Origin: Octopus vulgaris | Taxonomy: Eukaryota | Length of the DNA: 64,000 nucleotides | NCBI GenBank assembly: GCA_951406725.2 | Contig: OX597839.1 | Coordinates: forward strand, 18,910,001 to 18,974,000 | Direction: 5' to 3' | Part shown: piece by piece, positions 1 to 14,125 of the stretch | Numbering within the stretch: position 1 is the first letter of the stretch | Layout of the letters: each line of letters starts with the position of its first letter | The notes under the pieces: generated by a model | The model's database searches: none | Told to the model about the DNA's origin: nothing | Seen by the model: only the letters and a program-made list of their open reading frames with translations | Translations under genes and position numbers: made by a program

Positions 1-28
1 TACATATATACATATATACTTATATATG

Positions 29-86
<58 letters not shown>

Positions 87-102
87 TATATGCATATATA
101 TA

Positions 103-171
<69 letters not shown>

Positions 172-290
172 GCATACATATATATATAAGTTTATATATA
201 CACACACATGTAATTATATATATTTGAAATATATATATACATAAGTCGTGTGCACGTATATATACATATATTTATATTCGTATTAATACG

Positions 291-322
<32 letters not shown>

Positions 323-352
323 GATATATATATACATATATATATATGCATA

Positions 353-401
<49 letters not shown>

Positions 402-528
402 GAATATATGTATTAATACATATATATATACCTATATATCTTGATATATACACATGTATATATATATATATATATATACAGACACGCACGCACACACACT
501 CATACATCAACACACATACATACATACA

Positions 529-575
<47 letters not shown>
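1..575. repeat. (TA)n/(CA)n compound microsatellite
   Basis: Direct inspection; the YIYIYI ORFs here are artefacts. Confidence 0.95.
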
Positions 576-726
576 ATGCAGACGTATAGATTGAAAGAGG
601 GTGGGGTGTCGGTAAATTTCGAATATCCGTGCATATTTTCCTCATTCTTTCCTTACTCGATGCCAAAGTCATGCAACAGCTTTTTGATGTTCCCTGTTAT
701 TTTTTTTATTGCCGCCATTGATGTTG

Positions 727-763
<37 letters not shown>

Positions 764-767
764 TTTT

Positions 768-798
<31 letters not shown>

Positions 799-1746
799 TC
801 ATTATTATTGTTATTGTTCTTTAATTCTTACTCCATCTTTCATCCTTCCACACTTTCCCCCCGACCCCCAGACCCTCCTGTAGCGAAATCTCTTCACTCC
901 ACCCCCGCCACCTCCCGACAGTCTTCGCCCTACACCCCCGCCCCCACCTCCTCTTGCAGATTTCCTTTGATCTTTCCCTATTGTGTAATCCCTTCTTCTT
1001 ATTTCTTTCTGCCTATTAAGCATCGCACATACACAGTCTCTCTCTCTCTGTCGCCTCTTTCTCTTTCTATCTCTCCCTCTTTCTCCTATTTTCTATCTAT
1101 CTATCTATCTATCTATCTATATATCTATGTATCTATCTATCTATCTATCTATGCCTTTCTCCAGGATTCTAATCTCCCCATTTGGTAGACGATAGATGCC
1201 CCACTCTTCCATTTTTTCTTTTTCTCTGTCTGTCTGTCTCTCTCTCTCTCTTTCTCTTTCTTTCCCTCTCACCCCTTGTCTGCTTTATGTCTCAACCTGT
1301 CGTATCCCTCTGCGTCTGTTCAATTGTCTATGTGTCTCTCTTTCCTTCTATGTTTAAATCCCCCCTCTGTTACTCCTATATATATATATATATATATATT
1401 AGCATGTATGTGTGTGTATTAGTCTTTGATTTTCTTTTTTGCTATATTTCTACTTTTTCCTTACTCTTTTTTTATAACAGTCAATTTTCTTCATACTTAT
1501 TCTGTTCTATGTTTCCATCCCAACTCCATTCTCTCTCACGCTTTCACTTTCTTCTTTAATTTTTCGCTTCTGTCTTTCATATCGCGCCGGTTTTCCCTCC
1601 TCTCTCTCTCTATCATACCCATTTACGTCTCAACTTCTCACATTCTCTTTACCATATCACTTCCTCTCGTTCCGTATCACTTTCTCTTCCACTCTCTGTC
1701 TAGCACTTTTAAATCACATCTCCTCTCTGTTTATCCCTATCTTTTC

Positions 1747-1804
<58 letters not shown>

Positions 1805-2164
1805 AAGTCTGCTGGAAAGGGATTTCGCAGGGTTTCGGGAACCGCAAGAGCCAGTGTGAAGCTGTTAGTGATCTCTTTCAACTGTTGCAAGTTAACGACA
1901 GAAAAACTTTGTGCATGCGGGAATCTCAGACGGGCAACATTCCGGGGGCCAAACGATGGAGTGTTGCTGTTAGTATGGGTCCTGAGACAGGAAAGAAATA
2001 CGCGCAAATCGACAAGAAATGATGAATGATTTGAGAGTATCAATTGTATTTCATAGGGTATAAGACGCGGTTTCTCTTCCAAAATATGTCTCAAATCTCA
2101 CCTTGGGTCCTATATGCGAAGCAGGCCCCTTCTCCCCATAATTTAATATTACATGTCTTTACCA

Positions 2165-2665
2165 AGGCGGCAAGCCGGCAGAATTATTAACACGCCGGGA
2201 AAAATGATTAGAAGTATTTCATCCGTCTATACGTTCTGAGTTCAAATTCAGCCGAGGTCGACGCTGACTTTCATCTTTTTGGGATCGATAATATAAATAC
2301 TAGTTGAACACTGGGAGCCACGTAATCGTCTTATCCCCTCTCTCGAAATTGCTGGCTTTGTGCTAAAATTTGAAACCAATATTAGAAAGCTGGATGTTGG
2401 CAGCATGGATGTGTGTTCGATAGAATAAATGCCAGGGTCGATAAAATTAATACCAGTTGAGTACTGGGGGAGATGAAGTCGACTAGTACCCTCCTCAAAA
2501 ATTTCAGGGCCTGTGCCTATAATAGCAAACATTATTAGAACGTGAGCTAAAGGTGGTGATCTGGCAGAATCGTTAGCACATCAGCTAAAATGCTTCGAGG
2601 TATTTTGTCGTCTTCGCATTGTGAGTTCAAATTTCGCCGAGGTCGTCTTTACCTTGCATCTTTTC
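2165..2665 (+). mobile_element. Cluster of SINE family B copies (one full copy about 2165-2385, plus partial tail and head fragments)
   Basis: Head ggcggcaagccggcagaa, B-box gagttcaaattc, central tttcatctttttgggatcgataat..aaatactagt and tail gctggctttgtgctaaaatttgaaacc; homologous to 15510 and 39115. Confidence 0.8.
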
Positions 2666-3731
2666 ATCACTCAGCGTTTAATGTCGTGATTTTGCATCTG
2701 TTGTGAAGTCCGGTAGTACTGTACAACGTAATTTTCGGACACCACCAAATTGAACAATATTCTTGGCAAGTGTCAAAATAGTGATGCTATTTGATCGGCA
2801 ACTGATGAAGGGTAAGCGTGTCTGTGTGCATCAGTGCGGGGTTTTGTTGATCCCTTCCTCTGTCAACATTTTCGTCTTGTTTCTGTGACAACGTTTTCTT
2901 TTATCTATAGCAAAGCTCCTCACATACATTCCACCTCAACCAGTTATTTTTTTCTTTATTAGGCAGTAACTTGTTTATGTATCCATCTACGTATCCTTCA
3001 TTCCACCCTTCTACCTATATATTGTTTTCTGATTCCTGTAAAATCTTTAATATAATAATATATTGCACATATAAAGCTTACATATCACACATACACACAC
3101 AATATATATATATATATAATATTTTTATTTTCTCTCTATATAATAAAAATATACATATGTATGTATATTGGCTACATACTGGAAATGTAAGATACCATTA
3201 CAGAAAATCGATAACTACAAGGTAATTTTAATATCAATAACGACATAATGATGAGAATCGATGACACAACCGCTTACTCCTACACTATTGATACACACAC
3301 ATAAACATGTGTGTAAGTATATATATATATGTGTGTGTGTAGATATACGTATACACACACACATACGTATACATACACACATATATGTATGCCAAAATTT
3401 TGTCAAGTTTAAAGTGTGCATTACTTTTCATTATCTACATTCCTAAGATGGGGCTTTGTACCTTTTTTGGAAACCAGATCCTTCCTAACAGGAAGACTTC
3501 GAATACTCAAAAACAGGCGAGAACATACACACATATACATACATACACACACACATACATACATCCATCCATCCATGCATACATATATACATACACACAC
3601 ACCCATACATCTATCCATCCATACATACATACATACACACACAACCCATCCATCCATCCATACATACATACATACATACATACAATATACATACATACAC
3701 TATACATACATACAAATATATTTACCCCTTT

Positions 3732-3972
3732 AGCAGACAGATTATGTATGGGTATGAGTTCTGGATTTGGGTTCGAGTGTAAAGGTTCTGGTGTGAGGTG
3801 GAAATGTCGGAATGGTGTTGGAGGTGGGGTTAAGGGTTAAGGGTATGGGTGGGTTGAGGGAATGTTGGAGTGTGGAATGAAAGAAATTGAAGAGTGGGAC
3901 AAGAAAACGTGTCTGGCTGACACAATCATACATAGACGACCAGACGGACTGACAGACAGAGAGGCAGACAGC
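3732..3972 (-). repeat. About 240-bp unclassified repeat, inverted copy of 8858-9102
   Basis: Reverse complement aligns by eye along its full length (gcagacagattatgtatgggtatgagttctgg vs ccagaactcatacccatacataatctgtctgc). Confidence 0.9.
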
Positions 3973-4160
3973 CCAAGTGTGTTATACGTTTTAGGTTCAA
4001 ATCAGTCAGATGCAGCCTATCACACCTATCCTACAATGTCATTGTAAAAATATATAATCACATCATCACAATTTAGAAAAAAAATCTTGAAGATTCCTGA
4101 TGTTGCCTGATTAATTAAAAACAATTTGACAGAGTAATCTGACAGAGTAATCTGACAGAG
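3973..4160 (+). mobile_element. Partial MITE related to 24363-24588
   Basis: Shares cacacctatcctacaatgtcattgtaaaaat..cacatcatc and gacagagtaatctga with the 24.4-kb MITE. Confidence 0.55.
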
Positions 4161-4533
4161 TATATCTTAAATCAATTCGTGTGTCGTAGATTCTCAAATC
4201 ACACGTAATAGAAAAAATGTTTTCCAACCTGCATTAAGACCTAGAATCATGGTAGGGGTTCAGAAAGAGGGGCACCAAGGGTGGTGCTTTAATGGGGGGG
4301 GGGCTTTGGGATCTGCTCTATAAGACTGCATAAGGGCGACAAACCCTAAGTTTTCCACCCTTTGGTTATTGGGGGCACACCCGGAAGCTACGCCACCCCG
4401 CTACAGAACTTCTTGTTCCGAGGACCGTCTTTTATGAAGCATTATACAAAAAGACGAAATCCTCCTGTCACTAGCTCTGTCTGACTGTCAATCATTTGCC
4501 TAACAGCATATATATATATATATATATATATGT

Positions 4534-4869
4534 TCTATTATATAAAATCCGTTCTGTTTGTGTGTGTGTGTGTGTGTGTCTTCTAGGATCTCGGACATCC
4601 TACATCCGATTGCGCTCAAATTTGATATGTAGATACCGACGGTATCAGGGCGTGTATAAGTCTTGAAAAATTACAAAAATCGATTCCAGGTGAGAATGCG
4701 ATCGATAAAGCTGTGAGAAGGTGCATTTGTCCGCGCAAGTACATCAGCTGGTGCGATCAGTGTTTCTCAAAGGGGGGGCCTATGGGGTCGGACAAGTTGT
4801 TTTGAGAAAATTTGGTTTAAATGTTTGACAACTCAGCACCGTCCATTGGATGGGGAGGGCGTTTTGCTC

Positions 4870-4870
<1 letters not shown>
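4534..4870 (+). mobile_element. Non-autonomous Helitron-like element
   Basis: 5' TCTATTATATAAAA, internal (TG)n, ccgattgcgctcaaattt motif, subterminal hairpin ccgtcca-t-tggatgg and 3' CTCG|T (CTAG variant); sits in (TA)n. Confidence 0.65.
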
Positions 4871-4927
<57 letters not shown>

Positions 4928-5849
4928 GAGCAAAGTGGCGACAACCGTTGGCACGTCTCTAGAGAAGAGCGTGTAAGGCCACGGAAGGACTGAAAAGACA
5001 CATCCGTGGTACTCCAGTTTCAGAGGACAATTAAGCGATGGCATTACTTGAAGTCAAATTGCAGCCATCATGTGCGTGTATGTATATGTGTGCATCTATC
5101 TATCTATATGTCATGTATGTATGTATGTATGTATGTATATGTGTGTATCTATCTATCTATCTATCTATCTATCTGACAGTATGTCTGTGTATGTATACAT
5201 ACATACATACATATATATTTGTGTATTGGATTAACTTTATATATATATATATATATATACACCATATATATTTGTGTGCATGTATATATATATATATACA
5301 TGCACACATACATGTGTGTGCGTGTGTGTGTGTGTTATCACAAACTCGATATATTGTTCAGGATGATTGCGCAAGGAACAAACTGACAGAGGAAAATATT
5401 TCTCTCTCGTGCTCTTTCTTGTATCGCCGCAACACCTTTATTTGATGAAACTGATCCGAATGATGATGATGATGATGATTATGCTGCTTGCTGCTGCTGT
5501 TAATCTAACCACGTGACTATTGTTCTATTCTCTTCACGGTTCTTTCTTTCTCACCTCATCCCAGAAACATCTTCCTTTCATCATTTCATCAGCGTCATGG
5601 TGGGTGGCTGGGTGGGGCTGGAGGGAAAGAAGGGAGACGGATGTTTTATCTCTCTCTCTCTCTCTTTTTCCCCTTTCAACCTCACACCCCCATACCTCCT
5701 CTACCTCCACCTCTCCTCCTTCGCATTCCTCTACGTTTCTCTCTTTCTCTCTTCCTACCTTCAACAAACCGCCTAATGTCACTCTACTCTTTCTCTCCCC
5801 CCCCAGCTTCTCTCTCTTTCTATCGGTCTAATATAACAGCACATGATTT

Positions 5850-6135
<286 letters not shown>

Positions 6136-6413
6136 CTATATGCACCAAACACAACCTTTTCCCTTCGTCCATCTGTCTGTCTATCTACCTGCCTGCTTAA
6201 CCGTCTGTCTGTCCGTCTGTCTGTCTCTCTCTTTCTCTCTGTGTCGCACTTTCAGTCTATCTGTCTCTGTCTCTCTTTCTCTCTGGGTCGCACTTTCTCC
6301 CTCTGTCTGTCTGTCTTTCTCTCTCCCTCTCTCTCTCTTCCTCCCCCTTTCACTCTATTTGTCTTTCTGTGCCTTTCAACCAATCTGGCTTTTCCCTTTG
6401 TCCCTCCAACTAT

Positions 6414-6445
<32 letters not shown>

Positions 6446-6585
6446 CTCTCTCTCTCTCACTCTGAGGTATCTCCTGTCTTTCTCTCTTTCTATTTCTCTC
6501 CCTCCCCTCTCTCTGTATTTCTTTAAACCTTTCTGTCTCATTCCTCTCTCTTCACTTCATATATTTCACTAAGTCTTCCAATCTA

Positions 6586-6875
6586 CTTCTCTGCTCTTCA
6601 TCTTCACATCCTCTCTCTCTCTCCAGCCTCCTCCCTTCTCCCTTCTCCTCGTCTCTCCCATCTCCTCCTCTCCCTATTTCCTTCACTGCATCTACCTATC
6701 TATCCACTCCCACTCCTTCAACATTTCTTCTCTGCTCTTCATCTTCACATCTCTCTCTCTCTCTCTCTCTCCAGCCTCCTACCTCTCCCTTCTCCTCGTC
6801 TCTCCCACCTCCTCCTCTCCCTATTTCCTTCACTACATCTACCTATCCATCCACTCCCACTCCTTCAACATTTCT
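6586..6875. repeat. Tandem duplication of a pyrimidine-rich unit of about 140-150 bp (2 copies)
   Basis: cttctctgctcttcatcttcacatc...ccactcccactccttcaacatttc occurs twice. Confidence 0.9.
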
Positions 6876-7339
6876 CCTCTCTACCACCACATTCCTCCAA
6901 CCTTCCCTCCCTCATTTTACTCCCACCCACTTTACTCCGCTATGTCTGCTCCTCCACCCCCTATCTCCCTCTTCCCTACCATCTCCCCCTCATCCCCATC
7001 CCGCCCCCCTCTCCCTCATTCCAATGCAGTCTCTTTCTCTTGCCATTTGCAACAGACGTTTCCTCTTTGATCTTTCTGCAGCGTTTGTTGATGTCGACTG
7101 GTTTCCACAATATAATATAATATAAAGTGTGTCTGTGTGTCACAGCGTGTCACTGTGTAACCTGTTTATGTCTGCACATCTTTGTATGTGTGTGTGTATC
7201 TGTGTGTGTACGTGTGTATATATTTACGTATATGTGATTGTGTACGTATTTCTGTTTTTGTGTGTGCGTGTGTGTGTGTGTGCTTAAGCTGTCTCTGTGA
7301 ATGTGCCTTTGGGAGTGTGTGTGCGTTTGTGTACATGTG

Positions 7340-7615
7340 TGTGTGTGTGTCGTATGTGTGTTTCTGTGCGCGAGCGTATGTGTATGTGTGCGCGCGTGTG
7401 TGTGTATCTGTGTGTGTGTGTCGTATGTGTGTTTCTGTGCGCGAGCGTATGTGTATGTGTGCGCGCGTGTGTGTATCTGTGTGTGTGTGTCGTATGTGTG
7501 TTTCTGTGCGCGAGCGTATGTGTATGTGTGCGCGCGTGTGTGTGTATCTGTGTGTGTGTGTCGTATGTGTGTTTCTGTGCGCGAGCGTATGTGTGTGTGT
7601 GTATCTGTGTGTGTG
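7340..7615. repeat. Minisatellite of about 70 bp, 4 copies, derived from (TG)n
   Basis: cgagcgtatg recurs at about 7371, 7442, 7511 and 7582. Confidence 0.9.
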
Positions 7616-7674
7616 TATTTGCGTGTGCATTGATTTTTGTATGTGTTTAAGGTGCCTTTGCAAAAGTGTGTGTG

Positions 7675-7709
<35 letters not shown>

Positions 7710-8112
7710 TAATATATACATGTGTGTGTTTGTGTGAAGATATATTTGTGATAATATCTCCATCTGCTCCTATGTGTGTGTTTGTGTGCATATATGACCG
7801 TGTGTGTGTGTGTGTGTATTTGCATATGCGTTTGTGTGTGTATATATATATGCATGTGTGTGTGTCTATGTATACGTGTATATATTTACGTATCAGTGAT
7901 TGTGTATTCATTCATTGTGAATGTACTTTTGGGAGTGTGTATATGAGTTTTGGGGTGTATATATGTGTATCTGTGTATACATTCATTTGTGTGTCGTTTC
8001 TGTCCCTGCCTCTATGTGTGTGTGTGTATGTATGTGTGTGTGTTTGTATTTATTAGTATATGCGTGAACTCATGTGTGTATATGTGTGAATCTATGTTGC
8101 GTGTTTTTTTTT

Positions 8113-8510
8113 ACTCTTTTTTATTTGTTTCAGTCATTTGACTGCGGCCATGCTGGAGTACCGCCTTTAGTCGATCAAATCGACCCCGGGACTTATTCTT
8201 TGTAAGCCCAGTACTTATTCTATCGGTCTCTTTTGCCGAACCGCTAAGTGACGGGGACGTAAACACACCAGCATCGGTTGTCAAACAATGCTAGGGAGAC
8301 AAACAGACACAAACACATACACACACATATATATATATACATATATACGACAGGCTTCTTTCAGTTTCTGTCTACCAAATCCACTCACAAGGCATTGGTC
8401 GGTCCGGGGCTATAGCAGAAGACACTTGCCCAAGATGCCACGCAGTGGGATTGAACCCGGAACCATGTGGTTGGTTAGCAAGCTACTTACCACACAGCCA
8501 CTCCTGCGCC
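8113..8510 (-). mobile_element. SINE family A, full length (tRNA-derived head, CORE-like segment, internal microsatellite, LINE-derived tail)
   Basis: Minus strand reads ggcgcaggagtggctgtgtggtaag (A-box), gggttcaatccc (B-box), cttgggcaagtgtctt (CORE-like) and tail gcatggccgcagtcaaatgactgaaacaa; many copies in the window. Confidence 0.92.
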
Positions 8511-8857
8511 TATGTGTATATTTATGTGCGTGTATATTTGTATTTATGTTGTGTGTGTTTGTATTTATGTACCCGGATTCTAGTGCGTGTATGTGTGAAA
8601 TTATGTTGTGTATGTGTGTATTTATGTCTGTAAGCATGTATTATGTGTGTGTGTATATGTGTATTTGTGTGCGTGAGCGTTTGTACATTTATGTGTGTGT
8701 GTATATATATACATATAGATTTATATGTGTATCTGTATGTATTTATGTGAGTGCAGGTATCTATGCGTGAAAATCTGCGTCTACGTGCGTGTCTCTCTTA
8801 TTGTATCTTTGCATCTGTCTGTCTGTCTGTCTCCCAGTCCGCCTGTCTCTCTATCAG

Positions 8858-9102
8858 TCTGTCTGCCTCTCTGTCTGTCAGTCCGTCTGGTCGTCTGTGT
8901 ATGATTGTGTCAGCCAGACACGTTTTCTTGTACCACTCTTTAATTTGTTTCACTCCACACTCCAACATCCCCTCAACCCACTCACGCCCTTAACCCTCAA
9001 CCCCACCTCCAACCCAACGCCATTCCGACATTTCTACCTCACACCAGAACCTTTACACTCGAACCCAAGTCCAGAACTCATACCCATACATAATCTGTCT
9101 GC
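8858..9102 (+). repeat. About 240-bp unclassified repeat, inverted copy of 3732-3972
   Basis: Reverse-complement match to 3732-3972. Confidence 0.9.
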
Positions 9103-9884
9103 CGCCATCATCGATCGTCATATTTTCCTATTTATTTCATTATTATTGTTATTTTTATTTTTACATATTTATTTAATATATATATATTCTATTTTAATAT
9201 TTTGTTTTTAAGATCACATTAATTCGGGGCTTTGAGCTGGTTGTCCTTGTTTTCCTTCAAATATATTATTCTTGATGTTATTATACTTGCTGTTTTTACA
9301 TTATTTTTGCTTTCGTATGTTTATTTTCCCGTCTACTTTCACTTTCACTATCGCTTCCTTTTCTTCTTTTCCTTCTTCTTCTATGCTTCCAGGGCCGCAT
9401 TATTCTCTTCCATCTAATACATTTTCCACCTCACTCTTCTTCCCTATCCCCACCTTTATTTTTTTTCGTTCCCTTTATAACTTTTCAACTTTTCATGTCA
9501 TTTTCTCATTCACAGACCTCGTCGCTTAATTCCAACAGTCTTCATCTGTGTATATGTGTACTTTTATGCTGTCTATGCAGTATCTAGGTGAACGTGCGTA
9601 CATATGTAGGTATGTGTGTTTATATGTGTATATATTTCTAGGTCTATATGCATAAATATGTGTGCGTGTGATGTGGATGCGCATGATGATTGGAAAAAGG
9701 GATACAACAGGGGAGAGGAAGACAGAGACGGGGTAAGGTAGTGAGAGAGATGGAAAGGGAGAGAGAGACAGAGAAAGAGAGTGAGAGTGATGCGGTGAGA
9801 CCGTGAGGGTAGATGGCTTCAGTCTTGTTACCTCCATTGTAATATTTTTAGGCAATAAAATACATATTTCCTGTTAACAACAAT

Positions 9885-9887
9885 ATC

Positions 9888-9940
<53 letters not shown>

Positions 9941-10117
9941 TAATAATAATAATAACAACAATACTAATGACAATAATAATAATGATAATAAAAAAAATAA
10001 TAATAATAATACTTAACAATAATGATGATAATGATGATAATAAAACCTATAATAACGACAATAAAAATGATAATAATAATAACAATAATAATAACAATCA
10101 TGATAATGATGATGATG

Positions 10118-10154
<37 letters not shown>

Positions 10155-10228
10155 CAATACCAACAACAATAACAATGATGATAATAATAATAAAAATAAT
10201 AGTAACAATAACCATGATAAAGATGGAG

Positions 10229-10274
<46 letters not shown>

Positions 10275-10383
10275 TTAATAATAATAATAATATTAATAAT
10301 AATAATAATAACACCAACAACAATAACAATGATGATACTAATAATAAAAATAATAGTAAGCAATAATCATGATAATGGTGGAG

Positions 10384-10418
<35 letters not shown>

Positions 10419-10522
10419 CAATAATGACAATAATAATAATAATACAACAACAATAATAACGACAATAAAAATGATAATAATAATAACAATAATAGTAAAC
10501 AACAATCATGATAATGATGATG

Positions 10523-10562
<40 letters not shown>

Positions 10563-10589
10563 CACCAACAACAATAACAATGATGATAC

Positions 10590-10628
<39 letters not shown>

Positions 10629-10690
10629 CAACAACAACACAAATAATGACATCGCCTACGATTGTAGCAACGGTATTTATAATAATAATA
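9885..10690. repeat. (AAT)n/(AAC)n/(GAT)n trinucleotide array with internal duplications
   Basis: Direct inspection. Confidence 0.95.
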
Positions 10691-11224
10691 GCAATATACT
10701 TTGTTGATTCTTTCCCCCTAAGGCTAGCAAAAAGAATATATTACTACAACGAAGGACAAAATGGTGTATAGGAGTCGAGACGAGGTGGGGGGTGGGGGAG
10801 GGGCAGGGCGGTGGCTGGTTAGATTTCAGCGACAATTATTTGCCATTGTTGCTGTTATTGTTATCTCCCTTGCTACTGCCAATGCCGCTTCTGCCGGCCT
10901 CTCTATTCATCATCTAATCTGTATTCGTGAACCCGACTTCACATCCATCATCAGACCTCGTCCCTTGTTACTCTTTTATTAATGTTTCATTTACTCCTTT
11001 TCTCTCTACCTCTTCCTTCTTCCCCTGGCTCTCCTGTCTTATTTCATCTCCTTCGTCTTCTTTTTTTTTCTTCCAACACCTCTCTCTCTCTCTTCATTCA
11101 CAACGTTGCTCTCGTACGCTTATTGCTTCCATAACTATCTACCGTCTGTCTACGTATATCTTTTCTTCATTTCCACACACAGGTAGGCATGTGTATATAT
11201 TTGCGTGTACGTCCATGTAAGCGC

Positions 11225-11650
<426 letters not shown>

Positions 11651-11873
11651 TGTATAGTTCTGTTGTTCGAATCAATAAAAGAAAATATATCTGAAGAGAG
11701 ATAAATATCATTTAATAAACACGGGATTTAAGTGTGAATTACAATCCAAGCATGAAACTTACGGTAGCTCACAATTAAATCTTGTGTTTATTAGATTATA
11801 TTTATTTCTCGTAGGTGGGAGTATTTTTTATTACTGATCATACCAATAATGGAAGAGTGTGTATCTGTGTGTG

Positions 11874-11929
<56 letters not shown>

Positions 11930-12057
11930 GTCTGTACATACTTACACATAAATACATATCTATAGACGCGTATGTGTGTGGAGAAGAAGAGACAATAATA
12001 ATATTACATAGACAGAAGATAGACATTTATAAAGGGTAATACTGCACACACACACGT

Positions 12058-12281
12058 GGAGGCGCGTGGCTTAGTGGTTAGGGTGTCAGCACCATAATCG
12101 TAAGATTGTGGTTATGATTCATGGACCGGGCGACGCGTTGTGTTCTTGAGCAAAACACTTCATTTCACGTTGCTCCAGTCCACTCAGCTGGCAAAATTGA
12201 GTAACGCTGCGATGGACTGGCGTCCCATCCAACTGAAGGACACATACGCCATATAAACCGGGAAACCGGGCCCTTGAGCCC
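12058..12281 (+). mobile_element. SINE family C (tRNA head, tgtgttcttgagcaaaacactt segment, V-SINE-like ctgcgatggactggcgtccc segment)
   Basis: A-box tggcttagtggttagg; homologous to the 57.1-57.6 kb copies. Confidence 0.88.
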
Positions 12282-12282
12282 A

Positions 12283-13270
12283 TACAATGGTGCCCTTTCT
12301 GAGGAATCTCAATCCAAAGTGGTGTCTTCCAGAGAACTGTTCTGGGGCCATTGCTGTTCATAATTGCCCTCTGAGATATGCTCACGGTCACTCGGACATC
12401 CACTATCACTAGCTACGCAGATGTTACAAAATTATCACAGGCAATAAAAAACAAAGATCATGTTAGAAGATTAGAGCGAGACCGAAATTCAATATACAAG
12501 TGGGCCGAAATTAATGCGGGAAAATTTCAAGCGCTGCACTATCAGCTCACGAATACAGTACAATCTACATTTACTGGATCCGAATGCACTATAATCTGAG
12601 AGTCACAGGCGGTCAAAGACTTGGGGATCAGTATGTGCAATGACGCATCGTTTTATGTGCAAGATGGCAGCAAAGTGCAGACAACTGGCAGGATGGATGC
12701 TGGGGTCCTTCAAGAGACCCTGTGGAGAACCTTTGTCCTCAGCCGCCTGGACTACTGCTCCCAGTTATGGTCACCCCATAGTGCCAAACTAACAGCGGTG
12801 CTTGAAGCAGTCCAACGCCACTACACTAAAAAGATTGAAACAGTGCAGCGGCGGATGAGCTTCAGGGATAGGCTGAGAAAACTACAGCAATATACATATG
12901 GAAAATCATAGAAGGGCTAGTAACTATCTTTGGCATTGAGTGTTAAACAAATGCCAGAAATAGTCACCATCTGCTCCATCTAAATTCAGAACCAGGTACT
13001 GCAATAGTCTGGGGTTCAGGGTCCCACAGCTCTTCAATGCCCTGCCACAAATGTTAAGAAATTTGCACAATACCGGATGAACCAACAGCCCGAAATGTGG
13101 TACAGACGAGAGCTGCAAAATCAAACTCCCATATATACCAAATGTACTAACAGCTGGTTCAAAGACACACACAGGAGTGGTGATATGAAACACCCAGACT
13201 GAGGAAGTAAGAAAGACCATGGTGGTGCTCCAGCATGACCACGGCCGCATGGCTGAAACGAGTAAAAGAG
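12283..13270 (+). mobile_element. 5'-truncated, frameshifted L2/CR1-type LINE (RT C-terminus and 3' UTR)
   Basis: Degenerate SGVxQxTVLGPLLF, SYADVTK (YADD motif) and LWRTFVLSRLDYCSQLWSPH...LEAVQRHYTKKI. Confidence 0.88.
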
Positions 13271-13474
13271 TGTTGTTCTGTCGCCATTGTTACGTTGTAA
13301 TCACAGTTTTTCTGCCGTTTCTCTCACATTTTGACTTTTCGTAATCTACAAGTCGCGCGATGAAGAAATGGCTTAATGTGGATATTTTTCTGTTATAGAA
13401 AGATTCAAATTCATCACACACACAGACACACACACACACTTTGAAGGGGGAATTGAAAAACGAGAAAAAAATAT

Positions 13475-13556
13475 AGTTCTATATTTAAGAGATAAGGAAT
13501 TCTGTACATTATTTATATTATTTACATTCGACGGATATTTCTCCTTATCTTGTTTG
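13475..13556 (-). mobile_element. 3' tail fragment of family E (HHR element)
   Basis: agttctatatttaagagataaggaatt..tacattatttacattcgacggatattt is the reverse complement of the E tail at about 56430-56504. Confidence 0.8.
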
Positions 13557-14125
13557 TCCCCTCTGTGTTTAGCCTCTTGTGGGTAGTAAAGAAATAGGTA
13601 TTCCGTCTGCCGCTTACGTTCTGAGTTCAAATTCCGCCGAGATCGACTTTGCCTTTCATCCTTTCGGGGTCGATTAAATAAGTACCAGTTACGCACTGGG
13701 GTCGATGTAATCGACTTAATCCGTTTGTCTGTCCTTGTTTTTCCCCTCTGTGTTTAGCCCCTTGTGGGTAGTAAAGAAATAGGTATTTCGTCTGCCGCTT
13801 ACGTTCTGAGTTCAAATTCCGCCGAGGTCGACTTTGCTTTTCATCCTTTCGGAGGTCGATAAATTAAGTATCAGTTGCGTACTGAGATCGATCTAATCGA
13901 CTAGCCCCTCCCCACAAATTTCGGGCCTTGTGCCTAGAGCAGAAACGAAACGTTAGCACACTGGGCGAAATGCTTAGCGTTATTTCGCCTCGAGGTCGAC
14001 TTTGCCTTTCCTTTCAGGGGTTGATAAATTAAGTACCAGTTACGTATTGGGGTCGATCTAATCGACTGCCCCCCCCCCCCACAAATCACCAAAGATTTCA
14101 GGCCTTGTGCCTAGAGCAGAAAAGG
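13548..14125 (+). mobile_element. Tandem and partial-tandem array of SINE family B
   Basis: The unit ggtatttcgtctgccgcttacgttctgagttcaaattccgccgag...gtagtaaagaaata repeats with a period of about 183 bp; later units switch to the alternative tail ggccttgtgcctagagcagaaa. Confidence 0.9.

Noticed and set aside
2795-2830. ctgatgaaggg hammerhead half (similarly ctgacgaagg near 21338)
   Set aside because: No properly placed GAAA or closing stems.
3825-3845. Telomere-like ggggttaagggttaagggt
   Set aside because: Only two imperfect units, inside a dispersed repeat.
10761-10982. 73-aa ORF with a hydrophobic, signal-like segment
   Set aside because: Non-ATG-frame start call, composition explained by TTG/GCT-rich low complexity, and no homology or splice support.
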